A DNA stretch of 64,000 bases from Octopus vulgaris (GCA_951406725.2 OX597818.1:59148001-59212000); one strand, 5' to 3'; positions 26,697 to 39,978 are shown, counted from the stretch's first letter. Program-made: numbers and translations. The notes: generated from the letters alone by a model not told the origin.

Positions 26697-27077
26697 AGCG
26701 GTGAGATGGCAGAATCGTTAGCACACCGGGCGAAATGCTTAACGGTATTTCGTCTGAGTTCAAATTCCGCCGAGGTCGACTTTGCCTTTCATTCTTTCAA
26801 GGTCGACAAATTAAGTACCAGTTACGCACTGGGGTCGATGTAATCGACTTAATCCGTTTGTTTGTCCTTGTCTTTCCCCCTCTATGTTTAGCCCCTTGTG
26901 GGCAATAAAGAAACAGATATTTCGTATGTCTTTACGTTCTCAGATCAAATTCCGCAGAGGTCAAGTTTGTCTTTCATATTTCGATAAATTAAACACCAGT
27001 TGCATACTAGGGTCGATCTAATAGACTGGCCCCCTCTCCAAACATTACGGGCTTTGTACCTAGAATAGAAAAGAATA
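26697..27077 (+). mobile_element. SINE family B dimer
   Basis: Head-bearing monomer to ~26917 followed directly by a headless second monomer with an alternative tail. Confidence 0.88.
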
Positions 27078-28847
27078 TACTCGTCTTACCTCCTGCCTTT
27101 AAATTTGCTTGTCCTGCGTTAATATTTGAAACCACTATTATTTTTCTTCTATTTTCACTATTTTCGTTCCGACCGTCAACATTTCAATCGTCATGTCTTT
27201 TATTATTATAGTAATAATATTACTATTATTGCCATAATTATTATTATTATTATGATAATATTTATCAAGATCACCAGCATCGTTATCCCAATTGCTACTC
27301 TACTATCATGAAATACGGCATATAGATTCTTCCTGTTCGTATGACATCATCGTTAATACGAATTAAGTTGCCATCATAATTGGGTTTCGACTATTGTCTT
27401 TATACAAATTATTTACGTTGAATTCTAGAATCTGCTGGATGAAAGCTGTTTTCCATTGAACAAAGGACATCATCAATAAAACTAATTAAATTAATTATTC
27501 TTTGCCACACACAATGAAAACCGCATGCTGTTTACAAGCGTGCCTCTCTCATTGACATCATCACGCATTGCCCGCGAATTCATTCTTCTCTTACAAAGCA
27601 GCGTCTTGTGATCTCCGATCCACTTCGTCATCTTCCTTTTAGTAGGTCGGTACGTGATGGCTGAGATAGAAATTTTCAGTATCACTTCTGCTCTTTTCTT
27701 GTGAATTAATTTAGTATTGCCATTCTCTCCAACATCTTCAAACAATACCAGCAATTATCATCGTCGGCTTCACTGCCTTGTTGGCGGTAGACGTTGTAGT
27801 ATTACAGTTATGATCATCGTTTGACAGACTCGTTCGAGCAATCCGGAAATACAGGTCATAATTTCACTACGGATCTTCACTTTCAAATTTCGAATCCAGT
27901 CGATGCCAACATACAAGTTCGGTAGAATAAAATTCTAGCTAAGCACTTGTGTCGATTTAATATATTTATAACGCTTATTGTAGATGTGTATTACAGTAGT
28001 AAAGATGCAGAAAAATGGACGAATAAAAGAACTTCGTATAGTCGTCGTCGACATCATCACCATCATTGCTAACATCATTGCGTGCTTTCACTTTATATCT
28101 ACATTATATAAGATACTGAGCTGTGATCGTGTAGATGAAGCAAACATAAAACCAGATTTAAAGCAAAGCCTCAACATCTTAAGGTGTTACATTGCGAAAT
28201 TTCTATCGATTTCCATGTTGCTATATAAATCACAATGGTTTAAGTATATTCTGAAAGATTTAAGATAAGATTGATTTTTAGCTGATCAATCTTTCTTATA
28301 TAAAGCTTGGCCAATTTGTCATTGTTGTTATACTCAGCATCAGTATCATGTTGCCGTAGCTGCAGCAGGTTTTATTTTTTCTCTATGTTTGTTTGCATTG
28401 TAAAAGGAAAATCGCTCTTGCTGGAAATAATCAAGTCAGAATTTTTTTCTACTTGTGCTGAAGGAATGTAAGAATTTTTATAGTATTTGTTGTGGAAAGT
28501 TATATATACAGCCAGGATGCGGATTTCTATCTTAGATATTCACTTACATATTGTAACGTTGGCAAAGGATTTGATCGAATAAATAAACGGAAACAGTCGC
28601 ATCAGATAACAGGGCGAACGCTATTTAGAATACGTATAATCGTTATATATACTTCTTCTTTTTAATATATATTACGAAATGCTAAGTTATATCCATGTAT
28701 ACTACGCACCAGACACTGCTAATTTAATGGATTCAATCTCTCAATTTTTTCTGTACAATATTTTATCGACGTGAAAATCTACAGATAAACATATGAGCAA
28801 GATTTATAGACGATTTGCACTCTGGAAAGGAATAAATAGTATATCTA

Positions 28848-29082
28848 AGGCGGCGAGCTGGCAGAAACGTTAGCACACCGGGCAAAATACGTAGCCGTAT
28901 TTCGTCTGCCGTTACGTTCTGAGTTCAAATTCCGCCGAGGTCGACTTTGCCTTTCATCCTGTTGGGGTCGATGAACTAAGTACCAGTTACGCACTGGGGT
29001 CGAAATAATCGACTTAATCAGTTTTTCTGTCCTTGTTTGTCCTCTCTCTGTTTAGCCCCTTGTGGGTAGTAAAGAAATAGGT
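28848..29082 (+). mobile_element. SINE family B monomer
   Basis: Full head to AAAGAAATAGG tail; GTATATC on both sides. Confidence 0.93.
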
Positions 29083-29522
29083 ATATCACGGGATTTAGTG
29101 ACTGAGCCGAATGGGTGGTAAAAATCAAGACGAGTTAGATTAGGGTGTTTGTGTGAAGGAATCAGGGTACCAAGTTCCGATGAGTAGACCTCACTCTTTT
29201 AGCGAAAACTCTCAAACCGTTAGAACATATCTAGTGACTAACCACTTGCTAATCACTTGTTTGATCACGAGCAGTGATTTGTGGAAAGATAGCAGCCGCG
29301 TTATCATAAATGTGGAACCATTATCCATTGAGAAGTTTACGGAAATACTTCTACTTAACGTTACACTCTTTCAATCCTTGGGAACCTCGCTGACTTGACA
29401 TCAGTTGTTTGTCCATTATCACCTTTTCAACACTTCAATATTCAAAAGTCCCGCAGCGATTATAGGAACTGGCTCGGCATTTCTTACTAACTTTAAGAAA
29501 CGAGATCAATGTGAAAATTGTA

Positions 29523-29939
29523 TTACTCTCTCTTTTTTACTCTTTTACTCTTTTACTCGTTTCAGTCATTTGACTGCGGCCATGCTGGAGCACCGCCTTT
29601 AGTCGAGCAAATCGACCCCGGGACTTATCCTTTGTAAGCCCAGTACTTATTCTATCGGTCTCTTTTGCCGAACCGCTAAGTGACGGGGACGTAAACACAC
29701 CAGCATCGGTTGTCAAGCAATGCTAAAGGGGGCAAACACAGACACACAAACACACATACACATACATATATATATACATATATACGACAGGCTTCTTTCA
29801 GTTTCCGTCTACCAAATCCACTCACAAGGCATTGGTCGGCCCGGGGCTATAGCAGAAGACACTTGCCCAAGATGCCACGCAGTGGGACTGAACCCAGAAC
29901 CATGTGATTGGTTAGCAAGCTACTTACCACACAGCCACT
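29523..29939 (-). mobile_element. SINE family A
   Basis: Full-length match to the other family A copies. Confidence 0.93.
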
Positions 29940-30473
29940 TTTCTTTGACTTTTAATGATTATCGAGAAAGCGGGAGCCAGGAAGATATCAAACTTATACA
30001 GCCATGCATTATCCATATTATATCACAGAATGTAATACGACATTCGGTTTTGGGGTATTTGTTTCTAGAAGTACAATCTGTAGCAAAGTCTAACATATTG
30101 CTAACATTCGGAAATACACCACCCTGCCATATCTGTGTGAGTTGATTTCCTTGCTCATATTACTTTGACAATTTGTAGGAGAACATGTGAACTGAATTAC
30201 GTTTCCTTTGTATAAATTAAATAAAGTTGTGAGGTTCAATCGTAATAGGTCCCAGGTTCATTCTTTTGGATTTGAGGAATTTTTCGGTCAACTAGATATA
30301 CAAAACCTATAACAATGGATTTTGTCAATGACCATAAGTATTAAATCTACATTTCCACTAGAAGATACGAAAACTAAAAGAAGCAGCACATATGCTAGGA
30401 CAGAACAACCTCCTAAGCAGAACGGGGGCAGATATGAACAGCATATGGGAACCGGTATTAAGGAAGGATATCA

Positions 30474-30650
30474 AGGCGGCGAGCCGGCAGAAACGTTAGC
30501 ACGCTGGGCAAAATGTGTAGCCGTATTTCGTCTGCCGTTACGTTCTGAGTTCAAATTCCGCACTGGGTCGATATAATCGACTTAATCCGTTTGTCTATCC
30601 TTATTTGTTCTCTCTGTGTTTAGCCCCTTGTGGGTAGTAAAGAAATAGGT
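30474..30650 (+). mobile_element. SINE family B with internal deletion and 17-bp TSD
   Basis: GGTATTAAGGAAGGATA at 30454-30470 and 30648-30664. Confidence 0.9.
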
Positions 30651-30715
30651 ATTAAGGAAGGATAGGAGAATATTACATTTATAAGACCTAAATATTTACT
30701 TGATAATTTCCCCAC

Positions 30716-30965
30716 GGGAATATGGCGTAGTGGTTAAGAGCGCGAGCTAGTAATCACAAGATTCCGAGTTCGATTCCAGGCAGTAACCTGAATAATAATA
30801 ATAATAATAATAGCTTCGATAAATACCCGGGTTTGGAGTTTCCCCAAGATAACTGAATAAGGCCGGAGGATATATCAGCCGAAACGTTGTGCTACAAACA
30901 AGATGAGGACAAATATCCGTCAATTGCAAAAAAGGTACGTAATTCCTCCTCTCTTAAAGATAGAA
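30716..30965 (+). mobile_element. tRNA-like Pol III head + (AAT)n + hammerhead-bearing segment
   Basis: A box TGGCGTAGTGG 30723-30733, B box GAGTTCGATTCC 30766-30777, CTGAATA A GGCCGG..TCAGCC GAAAC GTT GTG 30853-30891. Confidence 0.65.
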
Positions 30966-31289
30966 GTGAAGTATTAAATCTGCTTGTAAAATATGTTACT
31001 TGAAAATTCGTTAACATAATGATACTTTTTAGTTGATTAATAAAAATCGATGTGAAAAAAAAAAGCAAGTTAAACGTCATTAATAGCATTTAAATAAATA
31101 TAAAACGTAACATTCATTCGATTACCTAAAACCCCAGTGTTCAACTAGTACTTTTTTTTCGAATTAGAAAGGACAAACAGCAAAGTCGACACCGACAACA
31201 TTTGAACTGGGAATGTGAAGTCGGAAGAAATGACACTGGCGCGGTAATAATCTACATTTTCAAACATTGGAAATAATTTAATGTTTGGC

Positions 31290-31990
31290 GTGAAGCTATG
31301 TGCATAGACACATACATACATCCGACTTCGCTAGTAATAGTAAGAATATTTTGAATAGAATTGCACCAATTGTTATGGATAAAATCGATCTTTATTCTAA
31401 TAGAAATGTGGTATTTGAATGGTTTATCTCCTCCAAAATAAATCCAATTTCATTTCTTATAGTTCGATATTAATAAATATTTTTCTTTTCTCTTTCTCCA
31501 ATCTTATTAAGCAAAGCCTTCATTTTAGTTAGGAAACTTATGCAATTCTTTCCTTTAGAATTTGATGTAATTTTAACTGCTAGAAAAATCCTTATCTCTT
31601 TTACCAGTAAAGCAGTGTATAACATCCAATAATGAGTATATTGATGTGACAATATGATTATTGGACTCTGAACAAGTCTCTGAATTGGTTGGCCTATTCC
31701 TTCTTCATCACCTCAGCGAACATTTTCCGAATATTATGGATGGTTTTCATCAAGATGATGTTCTTCTCATTGCATCGGCTTTGTCTAAATCATGATTGGG
31801 ACATACTATGAAAGATTTACATAAATTTTCCCATAACTTTATTCTATCCATCACCTTCAACGATAATCATAAAATTCATAACTTTCGTGTTACTATACAA
31901 GATTTAGATTTTGGTTTATATTATCTGTTCCCATAATTACTAATTAATGTCTCAAATATATTATTACCTCTACTCATCAACTGGTTTGTA
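31290..31990 (+). pseudogene. Decayed Penelope-like reverse transcriptase
   Basis: SKNILNRI..VVFEWF..FDINK..LLSKA..ILTARK..IDVTI*LLDSEQVSELVGLFLL..GFHQDDVL..LSITF..KIHNF..DLDFGLY follows the PLE RT motif order FDVTMGSFDGAEVCELVGLY..GLYRDDGL; stops and frameshifts present. Confidence 0.8.
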
Positions 31991-32096
31991 TTAAATAATA
32001 TAATAAACAGTATTTCTATTAGAATTTTCAATCTACTCGCTAACCTGTTTTATACCCATGCCCGTTGACAGCAGCTTTTGGCTGATAATTTATTCT

Positions 32097-32488
32097 ATAC
32101 TAGCAGTATCGCCCGGCGTTGCTCAGGTTTGTAAGGGAAATAACTATAAAGCATTTTTAGAGAGCTATAGCCAAAAAAATAGCAAAAAAATGGAAAAAAA
32201 AATTATGGTAAATTTTTTTTTGAGAGTTAAAAAAGGTGGAGTTGCGTCCCCTAGACGGTCTGTGGTTTGGGTTTCTGATTCTCGACCCCCATGTCGAATT
32301 TATCGATTTTTTTCAGAACTGGGGGAACTTTTCAAAATTTTCGCTGCGTTAGTTTTGAATTATGACATTGGGCTATGTGTGTGTCAAGTTTCATCAGAAT
32401 CGGTTGAAAGCCGTGGTCAGGTGAGGGTACGAGAAAACAGACACACAGAAACACGCACAGACAAACTGCCGTTTATATAGAGAGAGAT
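32097..32488 (+). mobile_element. Helentron-associated (HINE-like) non-autonomous element
   Basis: 5' ATACTAGC..CCCGGCGTTGCTC, GTCAAGTTTCATCAGAATCGG core, ACAG/ACAC tract, TTTATATAGAGAGAGAT end. Confidence 0.7.
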
Positions 32489-32518
32489 TTCGAGCAGTAT
32501 GCTCAAAATCTTGACCGG

Positions 32519-32820
32519 CACTCCGTCAGTTACAACAACGAGTGTTCCACTTGATCCGCTCAACAGAACAGCCTGATCGGGAAATTAACTTACAAATGGC
32601 TGAGTACACCAGTGACACGTGTATCGTTAACGTATTTCTCAGATAGATTCAGCGTGACAAAGAGTGTGTCAAGACTGACCTTTTGATTTACAAGTACTAC
32701 ACATTTTTGGCAGCCATGTGAATTAAATCCATGTGAAATAAAATTTCTTGGTCAACAACACCCGTCGCTGACGGCTATCGAATTCGCAACCACATCATCG
32801 TAAGCCGAACCCCCAGAACA
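32519..32820 (-). mobile_element. Degenerate SINE with family-C tail
   Basis: CACTCCGTCAGTTACAACAACGAG...GATTCAGCGTGACA. Confidence 0.75.
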
Positions 32821-32849
32821 CTGATATATCTGTGTGGGGCAGGTAAAAT

Positions 32850-33290
32850 TTCCGAGATCTATGGACGAGTTCTCTCCACTGGTCCTTGTTCTTCATCACT
32901 GCCATGACCTGCGTCTCCCAGAGACGAGTGTCTGCCCTTAGGTCATCAAAATATCTTATCCCCGGTCACCTGCTTCTCGTGTGTCCATGAAGGCGATCCC
33001 ACAGGAGCACGGAGTGAAATATCAACTCTGAATGACAGAGAACATGTCCAGCTAACCTCAGGCTCCTCTGTGTTATTTTGAGAGGCTCTCGTACAGCTCT
33101 GAGTTCTTCATCCTCAGTGTATACTAATTAACGTTCAGAGCCACCTTTAGCATACTCGTGTAGCACCAATCCACAATCTGAGAGAGTATCGTGGTCAGTA
33201 TCCAAGTCTCAGACCCGTACAACAATACAGACTCCACTAAACCACGTTCAAAATCAGGCTAGAAGAATTAACTCCACACAGTAAGTCAAC
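32850..33290 (-). mobile_element. RTE-like LINE ORF C-terminal relic
   Basis: VESVLLYGSETWILT..DWCYTSMLKVALNV..NSELYESL..RLAGHV..VLLW. Confidence 0.8.
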
Positions 33291-33713
33291 GAGATTGTGA
33301 CTATCGATAGATACGAACACTGATTTCCTTCTTTCTCATAGATTCCCTTGTATATATATATAGATTTTTCCCCAAATGTAATATTGCTCTGCCCCCCCCC
33401 TCCGTATCCCCATCTCTGTCAGCAACCAATCACAATCAGGATCACTCAGATATGACCATTACCTATCGTTCTCTGATACTTTATTTCATTCGACACATTC
33501 AGAAAGGTTAAATAAGATTAGTTGAGTTAACGCATGGTTGAAACTGTTCTTTCATATTCGAAAACTGAAGTTCCAACCTCAAGAGCAATATCACTCCACA
33601 ATTACACTATACAATCCGTAGTACTTACTGCTATTTCTTTTTACTACACTCAGCTGGTTCGCGTTGTGTTTTAGATAAGGTGTGTGCGTGTTTGTGATGA
33701 ATTTTCGTCATAT

Positions 33714-34133
33714 AAGCACAGGAGTGGCTGTGTGGTAAGTAGCTTGCTAACCAACCACATGGTTCCGGGTTCAGTCTCACTGCGTGTCATCTTGGGCAAG
33801 TGTCTTCTGTTATAGCCCCGGGCCGACCAAAGCCTTGTGAGTGGATTTGGTAGACGGAAACTGACAGAAGCCTGTCGTATATATGTGTATATTTGTATGT
33901 ATGTGTGTGTATATGTTTTTGTGTCTGTGTTTGTCCCTCTAGCATTGCTTGACAAGCGATGCTGGTGTGTTTACGTCCCCGTCACTTAGCGGTTCGGCAA
34001 AAGAGGCCGATAGAATAAGTACTGGGTTTACAAAGAATAAGTTCCGGGGTCGATTTGCTCGACTAAATGCGGTGCTCCAGCATCGCCGCAGTCAAAATGA
34101 CTGAAACAAGTAAAAGAGTAAAAGAGTAAAGAG
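33714..34133 (+). mobile_element. SINE family A
   Basis: Full-length match to the other family A copies. Confidence 0.93.
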
Positions 34134-35099
34134 TATCCACTTTGGTATATCAGATGTTTAATCAAAGACATTACCTATTTTCACCAACCCGTAATAGCCG
34201 AGTATTCCACAAACACGTATAACATTCGTCTAATTTCAAGACAGAATCAATTTTGCTAATATAATGTGTAGATACGGTAGTATATACATACACACAGACA
34301 CACATACAGACATGCATGCATGCATACTTAAATGCAATCATAAATACATGCCTACATATATACATACATATCAATAATAAAAGGGTAAAATCAATTAATT
34401 ATTAATTAATTTTACCAAGTAGTGGTAATCTTAAGTAATCTTAATGTACATGTGACCTGTTGTTATTTTTCCCTCCATACCTGCGTGAATTATTTTTAAG
34501 TATACATTGTCTGGGAGATTTTTCTTATAGTAGAAGAAATAGCTGAGATTTTTTGGCTGCTATTTCTAAAAGTTCAGTGTGTGGTAAAGTAAATTATTTT
34601 ACTGAACCCTAATTATATAACGTAATATATACATACATACGTACATACATACTCAGGCTAGAGGGCAAGCAAATAAAAACGCTTGCAACACAACGGGTTT
34701 TCAGCACTAGCGGCCTTCGTCGGTGACCATTGTCTTAGATAAAGCCAGCGGCATAGAGACTAGAAAGGTCCATGAATGGGCATTTACTTGATTTGCTCAG
34801 ATTCTTTCCCGTGCCTTGACTCGCATTTATAGGTGATTGGGCCGGCTGTACGTGTTACTGTACGTGTTACAGTACGTGTTACTGTACGTGTATGTTTATA
34901 TACGTGTGTAAGTTTGTGTATCTGCACATGCCTGTGGAATTTAGAAATAAAATTTTATTCTTATACACACGCACACAAATACACACACACGCACATATTT
35001 TCCATATGATATTTTGATTATCCTGTTTACACTTCATTATTTTAAATACTTTTTTTATATTTTCAGCTTTGAGTTCTGTAGTAAAAGCATTTTATGTTA

Positions 35100-36810
35100 T
35101 CCTTCTGTATATCATTCAAATATATTTTCCTTTAGGAAACACTGTCACTCAAACAGAGCTGAAGGCAATATGAATGATTTCGCTGTTCAAAGATGTTTTT
35201 TCCAATCTTTGTTCATTACTTCAGACGGCTGAGGAAGTCTCTTTTTCTACCTAGATGACAGCCAACAAAAGAATAATGGATGAAAATCTCTTTCGAAAAT
35301 CGATGCCAATTTTATCTTTTGTATTGCAAATGTGTAAATATATTTCAAAGTTTGTTTTAAATAGATTTCCGTCAGTATTCTTGATGCAATAGAGAATATC
35401 CAGTAAATATACATTAGCATTATCATTTGTCAGTGCAAACCGGAATTATTGAATCTCTTATGGGATATTTATTAACCCAAGTGTAAAGATTTGGAAATTA
35501 GGTTTGGAAAGAAACGAAATATCCAGGGATACAAACTGCATAATCTGATGGAATGCATATTCAGACTTAAGCCGAATGATATATTTTCGAATTAGACCTA
35601 TTATAATTATGGAATATTTTATATACCACTCATTCTATCAAACTGTACGAAGGGACAAATCTGAAAAGGTATTTTTTCCTTTTAGTTATGTATATATATA
35701 TATTAATTTATTTATTTTATAGAAGGAGTTCTACAGGACTAGAACTGTTTCATTCAAAAGAAATCATCAGGAAGCTTCCTGATGATTTCTTTTGAATGAA
35801 ACAGTTCTAGTCCTGTAGAAGCTCCTTCTATAAAATAAATAAATTAATTTACTCTGCTATGTATTGAGTACCTTATTTACTGTGGTTAACCCCGACTCAA
35901 CCCGGGACCTACATATATATATATATATATATATTCGCCAGATCGCAGCGGTATATTCTCTTTTAAAACGTTGAACTAAAATCATTATTATTTATCAGTT
36001 GCTCTAGTAACCACTCAAATTGTATTAATCCATTAGTCTTGATTTATTCTCAATATAGTATGCAAGTGTTTGCTTTCATTTATATCCTTGACTGAACGTC
36101 TTCCAAACCCAATGGGGGCAGTTATTTTGATAAGCTTTGTACTTCAATGAAATCTAAGTATTTCCATCAATTATCAGGCACAGAATTTAATCATTTCTAA
36201 ATAATGATGTATAGTCATTAAGGTAAAGAATGTTACAATGTCAAACCAAACATAGCTGAACGTCCAGTCAGTCTGCTGGTTCAATTAAGTTATAAACGCT
36301 TCCAGGAAATTGGCGTATATCTGAAGTGCTTCTTTCCTAAATACTTAGCAACTTAAAAGAAGGAAACCTCTGGAATACCACCTTTGCCGTGTGTCTCAAG
36401 TGGAGATAAAAGCTAACAATTCGTTTGAAATTGATTTCATTGCTTTGAAAGACCAGAATGTTGAGGTCTTTCATAATTAAACCAAGCAATGAAACTCTTT
36501 GTAAACAATTCAATTGAAATTCTTGCATACAAACAAAACTATTGAATTTAAGCTTTCAAATACACGAGAAGGAAATTTAAATTTCAGATGTCGATTGTCT
36601 GTGAAATGTAAGTAGCCAAAACATGTAGAGATAGGAGGAAACATATTGAAGCAGAACGCTATTGAGAGATTCCTCAACACATCATTGCAGCTGGTGTATA
36701 CAGTCTGCGTAGCACCATAATGCCTCTTTATACAAGACAGATATGTATTGGAAAGTAATCATACTCAAGTCGTAACACATAAAATTAGAACATGACAATA
36801 CGCCATTTTC
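35100..36810 (-). pseudogene. Possible decayed leucine-rich-repeat (TLR-like) gene
   Basis: Fragments MAYCHVLILCV.., PPISTCFGYLHFTDN..RVFESL, LNILVFQSNEI..VVFQRFPSFKLLSI, IFRFFPNL..LHLG, TKIGKNIFEQ; many stops. Confidence 0.3.
35702..35848. repeat. Spacerless palindrome carrying two back-to-back hammerhead cores
   Basis: ~73-bp arms with one indel, axis at 35774/35775; each arm has CTGATGA T TTC TTTT GAA T GAAAC AGTTC. Confidence 0.9.
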
Positions 36811-36867
36811 TATACAGTCTTCACCAGACGTTACCTGACAGTAAGTCAAAACTATTTAATTCCAAGA

Positions 36868-37281
36868 TTTACTCTTTTTACCCTTTTACTTGTTTCAGTC
36901 ATTTGACTGTGGCCATGCTGGGGCACCGCCTTTTAGTCGAGCAAATCGACCTCAGGACTTATTCTTTGTAAGACTAGTACTTATTCTATCGGTCACTTTT
37001 AGCCGAACGGCTAAGTTACGGGGATGTAAACACACCATCATCGGTTGCCAAGCGATGGTGGGGGGACAAACACAGACACACAAGCATATACACACACACA
37101 CACACATACATATATACATATATACGACGGGCTTCTTTCAATTTCCGTCTACCAAATCCACTCACAAGGCTTTGATCGGCCCGAGTCTATAGTAGAAGAC
37201 ACTTGCCCAATATACCACGCAGTAGGACTGAACCCGGAACCATGTGGTTGGTAAGCAAGCTGCTTACCACACAGGCCATCC
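36868..37281 (-). mobile_element. SINE family A (older subfamily)
   Basis: Full-length match with more substitutions. Confidence 0.9.
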
Positions 37282-38519
37282 TGTTTAACAACTGAATGAA
37301 TTACATAAAAGCATCTAAATATGAAACATCATGGAAATTGTTCAAACTGAAGTCCTTGAGCGACACATTTTTCCATTCGAGTCAATACGGAATAACAGAT
37401 AATAACTATGGAATTTTGATATATTGTCGGGTGAATTTTGCACCAACCCTTCTATACCAAAATCAGCATATGATAAATATCACCATTATAATCAACATAA
37501 TTCGGGATTGTTTTAGGTTTCAGCATCTAAATTTAAATAAAAGAAGCAATATACATTACGTCTATGTATTTCGTTGTAAAAGCAATTATCACTTTTTCGC
37601 GGAATTATTCTTCATATTTTATCTTTTATCTTTCAAGGGTTTCAGACAGAAGCTGAGGCAATGCTGCTGCACCGCCTTCTAGCTTCTTTTCCGAAACATT
37701 TATATATTTTTCATATTATTTACCATGTTTTTAGTTATTACACGCCACTTACCTCCCTGGATATTATGAGACATAGACAGCAATAGGCTCAGGCGTGAGT
37801 CAGTGTTGTTCTTACACTAAATGTTGTCAGGACGTTGCTTTGCAACGGTCGTTGTTTTTGTTTGGTGTGGGGGGGTCAGCGGCTGTTTGTTATTTGATGT
37901 CTATTTTGTTAGAACAAGAAATCCCTACTGAATTCATGGCATTTGTCTTCCAATAGTTGTGTTGTCTAGCTTAATTGTGAGAATTTTGTTGTTTTGAGGG
38001 CGAATCTCGCCTCCAAAGGTAGTGGGAAAAAGTTGTGGGATTTTGTACCAATTTGTAGAGCTGTGTTCCTGCTGCTGTGTCCCTGTTTCTGTTAGAGTAC
38101 CTTTGGCCAGGGGTACCGGTTGGGCGGCATCGTGCTTTGATGGGGTTCGCTATAATTTTGAACTATCTTCCTTCTTTTTTCTTTCTCTTCTTCGTTTTTT
38201 GTCTTCATACTTTTTGACTTTTTTTTAACTTATATTTTTGAAATTTTTAAACTTTTTTTCTTCAAAACCTGGCAAAAAATCTCACACGGTGTTTAAGTGG
38301 GTGATTATCCCACCCAAATAGCGGTTAAAGGACCTAGAGAAAAAAACGACACTATCGCCGTCTTTCCCAAAATGAATATTGAGAAAGTTTATTTCCAGTG
38401 GTGTTAAATACGCAACGGGGTAGTTGCTATTTGACACACTTGAGGTGGTTTGCAAGTTTTCGAGCCAGCCTTTGGAGGGCAATGAGATTGTATTCCCACA
38501 CACACACACACACACACTT

Positions 38520-39000
38520 ATTGTGGGAAGAAACTAACAAGAGCTTGTGTCTGCGGGCTGCCACTCAGGATGGAACCCGAGTGGATAGAGGATACTGTCT
38601 GCCGGGGATATGGGTGCCAGTGGACCCAACCTATTAAATGTGAAGTTGTTACCGGCGGCTGATTGGGTTGGGTCAAAACCGCTTTTGACCCTGTGGACCC
38701 AACCAGCCGCAAAATATCTCATGTTCCCAGATATCTTAAGGATGGACGGAAACAGTTATCCGGTGATACTTGTGGAACGTCCTCTCAAACGTCCCCTCAA
38801 GTGTGACTGGAACTGGGTCATATTAAGAATTGTCCCAAGGACCAAAATATGGTCCTGGAGCAGTTAGTAGCAAAGGAATCTACTCCTCCCATGTCGGAGG
38901 GGGAGATAAAAACGGTTGAGGAGGTGGAAACCTCCTCAAAAATGGACGTAAGGGAAAGGAGGCTGGCAACAATGGTTGCCCACTGAAGGCTACGGGAGGG
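38520..39000 (+). mobile_element. Possible Tx1/L1-like ORF1 relic with zinc knuckle
   Basis: FPDILRMDGNSYPVILVERP..KC / ELGHIKNCP across a frameshift, in a GC-richer island. Confidence 0.4.
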
Positions 39001-39764
39001 AGAGAAGATCTTCCGGATAAAACGGAAGAACTCTACCCTCTCGTAGCATAAGGGAAGGGAAAGAAAGATAGGGACATTGCAGACGGTCAGTGGTACGCTG
39101 CCAGTATGTTCTGAAACCCCGTCGGTGGCACAATGCCCACCGACGGGGTTTCATGAGGCCCCTTTCATTGTGATAGAGGGGGAATTTGTGGTCTTCAACA
39201 AGGGAGGGCTTTACAGGACCATATCAAGAATTTGGGAAGAAAAGCCGGAGGGAAGGGGTTCTGGACTGCACTGAGGACACGATTGGCTTCCGCGGGTAGA
39301 TGTGGAGGCATTTGGGAGGAGGACTTATACAGAATAATGAACTCCTTCCTCGAGGATACATACAGAATGGCGCTAAAGTGTCCCGTATTAGCACCCACAA
39401 GGTGCTTGAAAGAGGCAAGAAGCCTGGTCGGTAAGGAAGGTAAGAGGCTTTAGTGCCTCTTACCTCTCGATTTGTAATTATTGTTGAAACTTTTTGGGAA
39501 AACGGTAAGAGGCCTAAAGCCTCATTCTGTGAGGACGATTGTGTCCATTGCTTGAAATATTTTAAGAGGTTTAATACCTCATTCTTTTTTTTTGTGTAAA
39601 CAGAAAGAGAACAATGTTTTGGGGAACCAGCAATCGAGGGGCGTTCTCTGCCTTCCCCCACCAATCATCTCTTCAGGTTTCAATCATTTTCATTTTGTAT
39701 TGTCCAGCCCGCAGCTACTACTTCTGTGTAAGGTTCTTGTAGCCAATTTTTATCAAATAAAGTA

Positions 39765-39880
39765 CCTTGCTTACCAACCACATGGTTTCGGGTTCAGTCC
39801 CACTGCGTGGCACCATGGGAAAGTGTCTTCTAAAATAGTTTCGAGCCGACCAAATCCTTGGAAACTGAAAGAAGCCCGTC

Positions 39881-39912
<32 letters not shown>

Positions 39913-39946
39913 TTGTGTGTGTGTGTATGTGTGTGTGCGTGTGTAC

Positions 39947-39978
<32 letters not shown>

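Noticed and set aside
30716-30788. Functional tRNA gene
   Set aside because: Acceptor and anticodon stems pair poorly and there is no oligo-T terminator; treated as a SINE-type head
34688-34728. Hammerhead-like CCGACGA AGGC..GCT GAAA ACCCGTT on the minus strand
   Set aside because: Core mutated and stems I and III not convincing; may be a decayed copy
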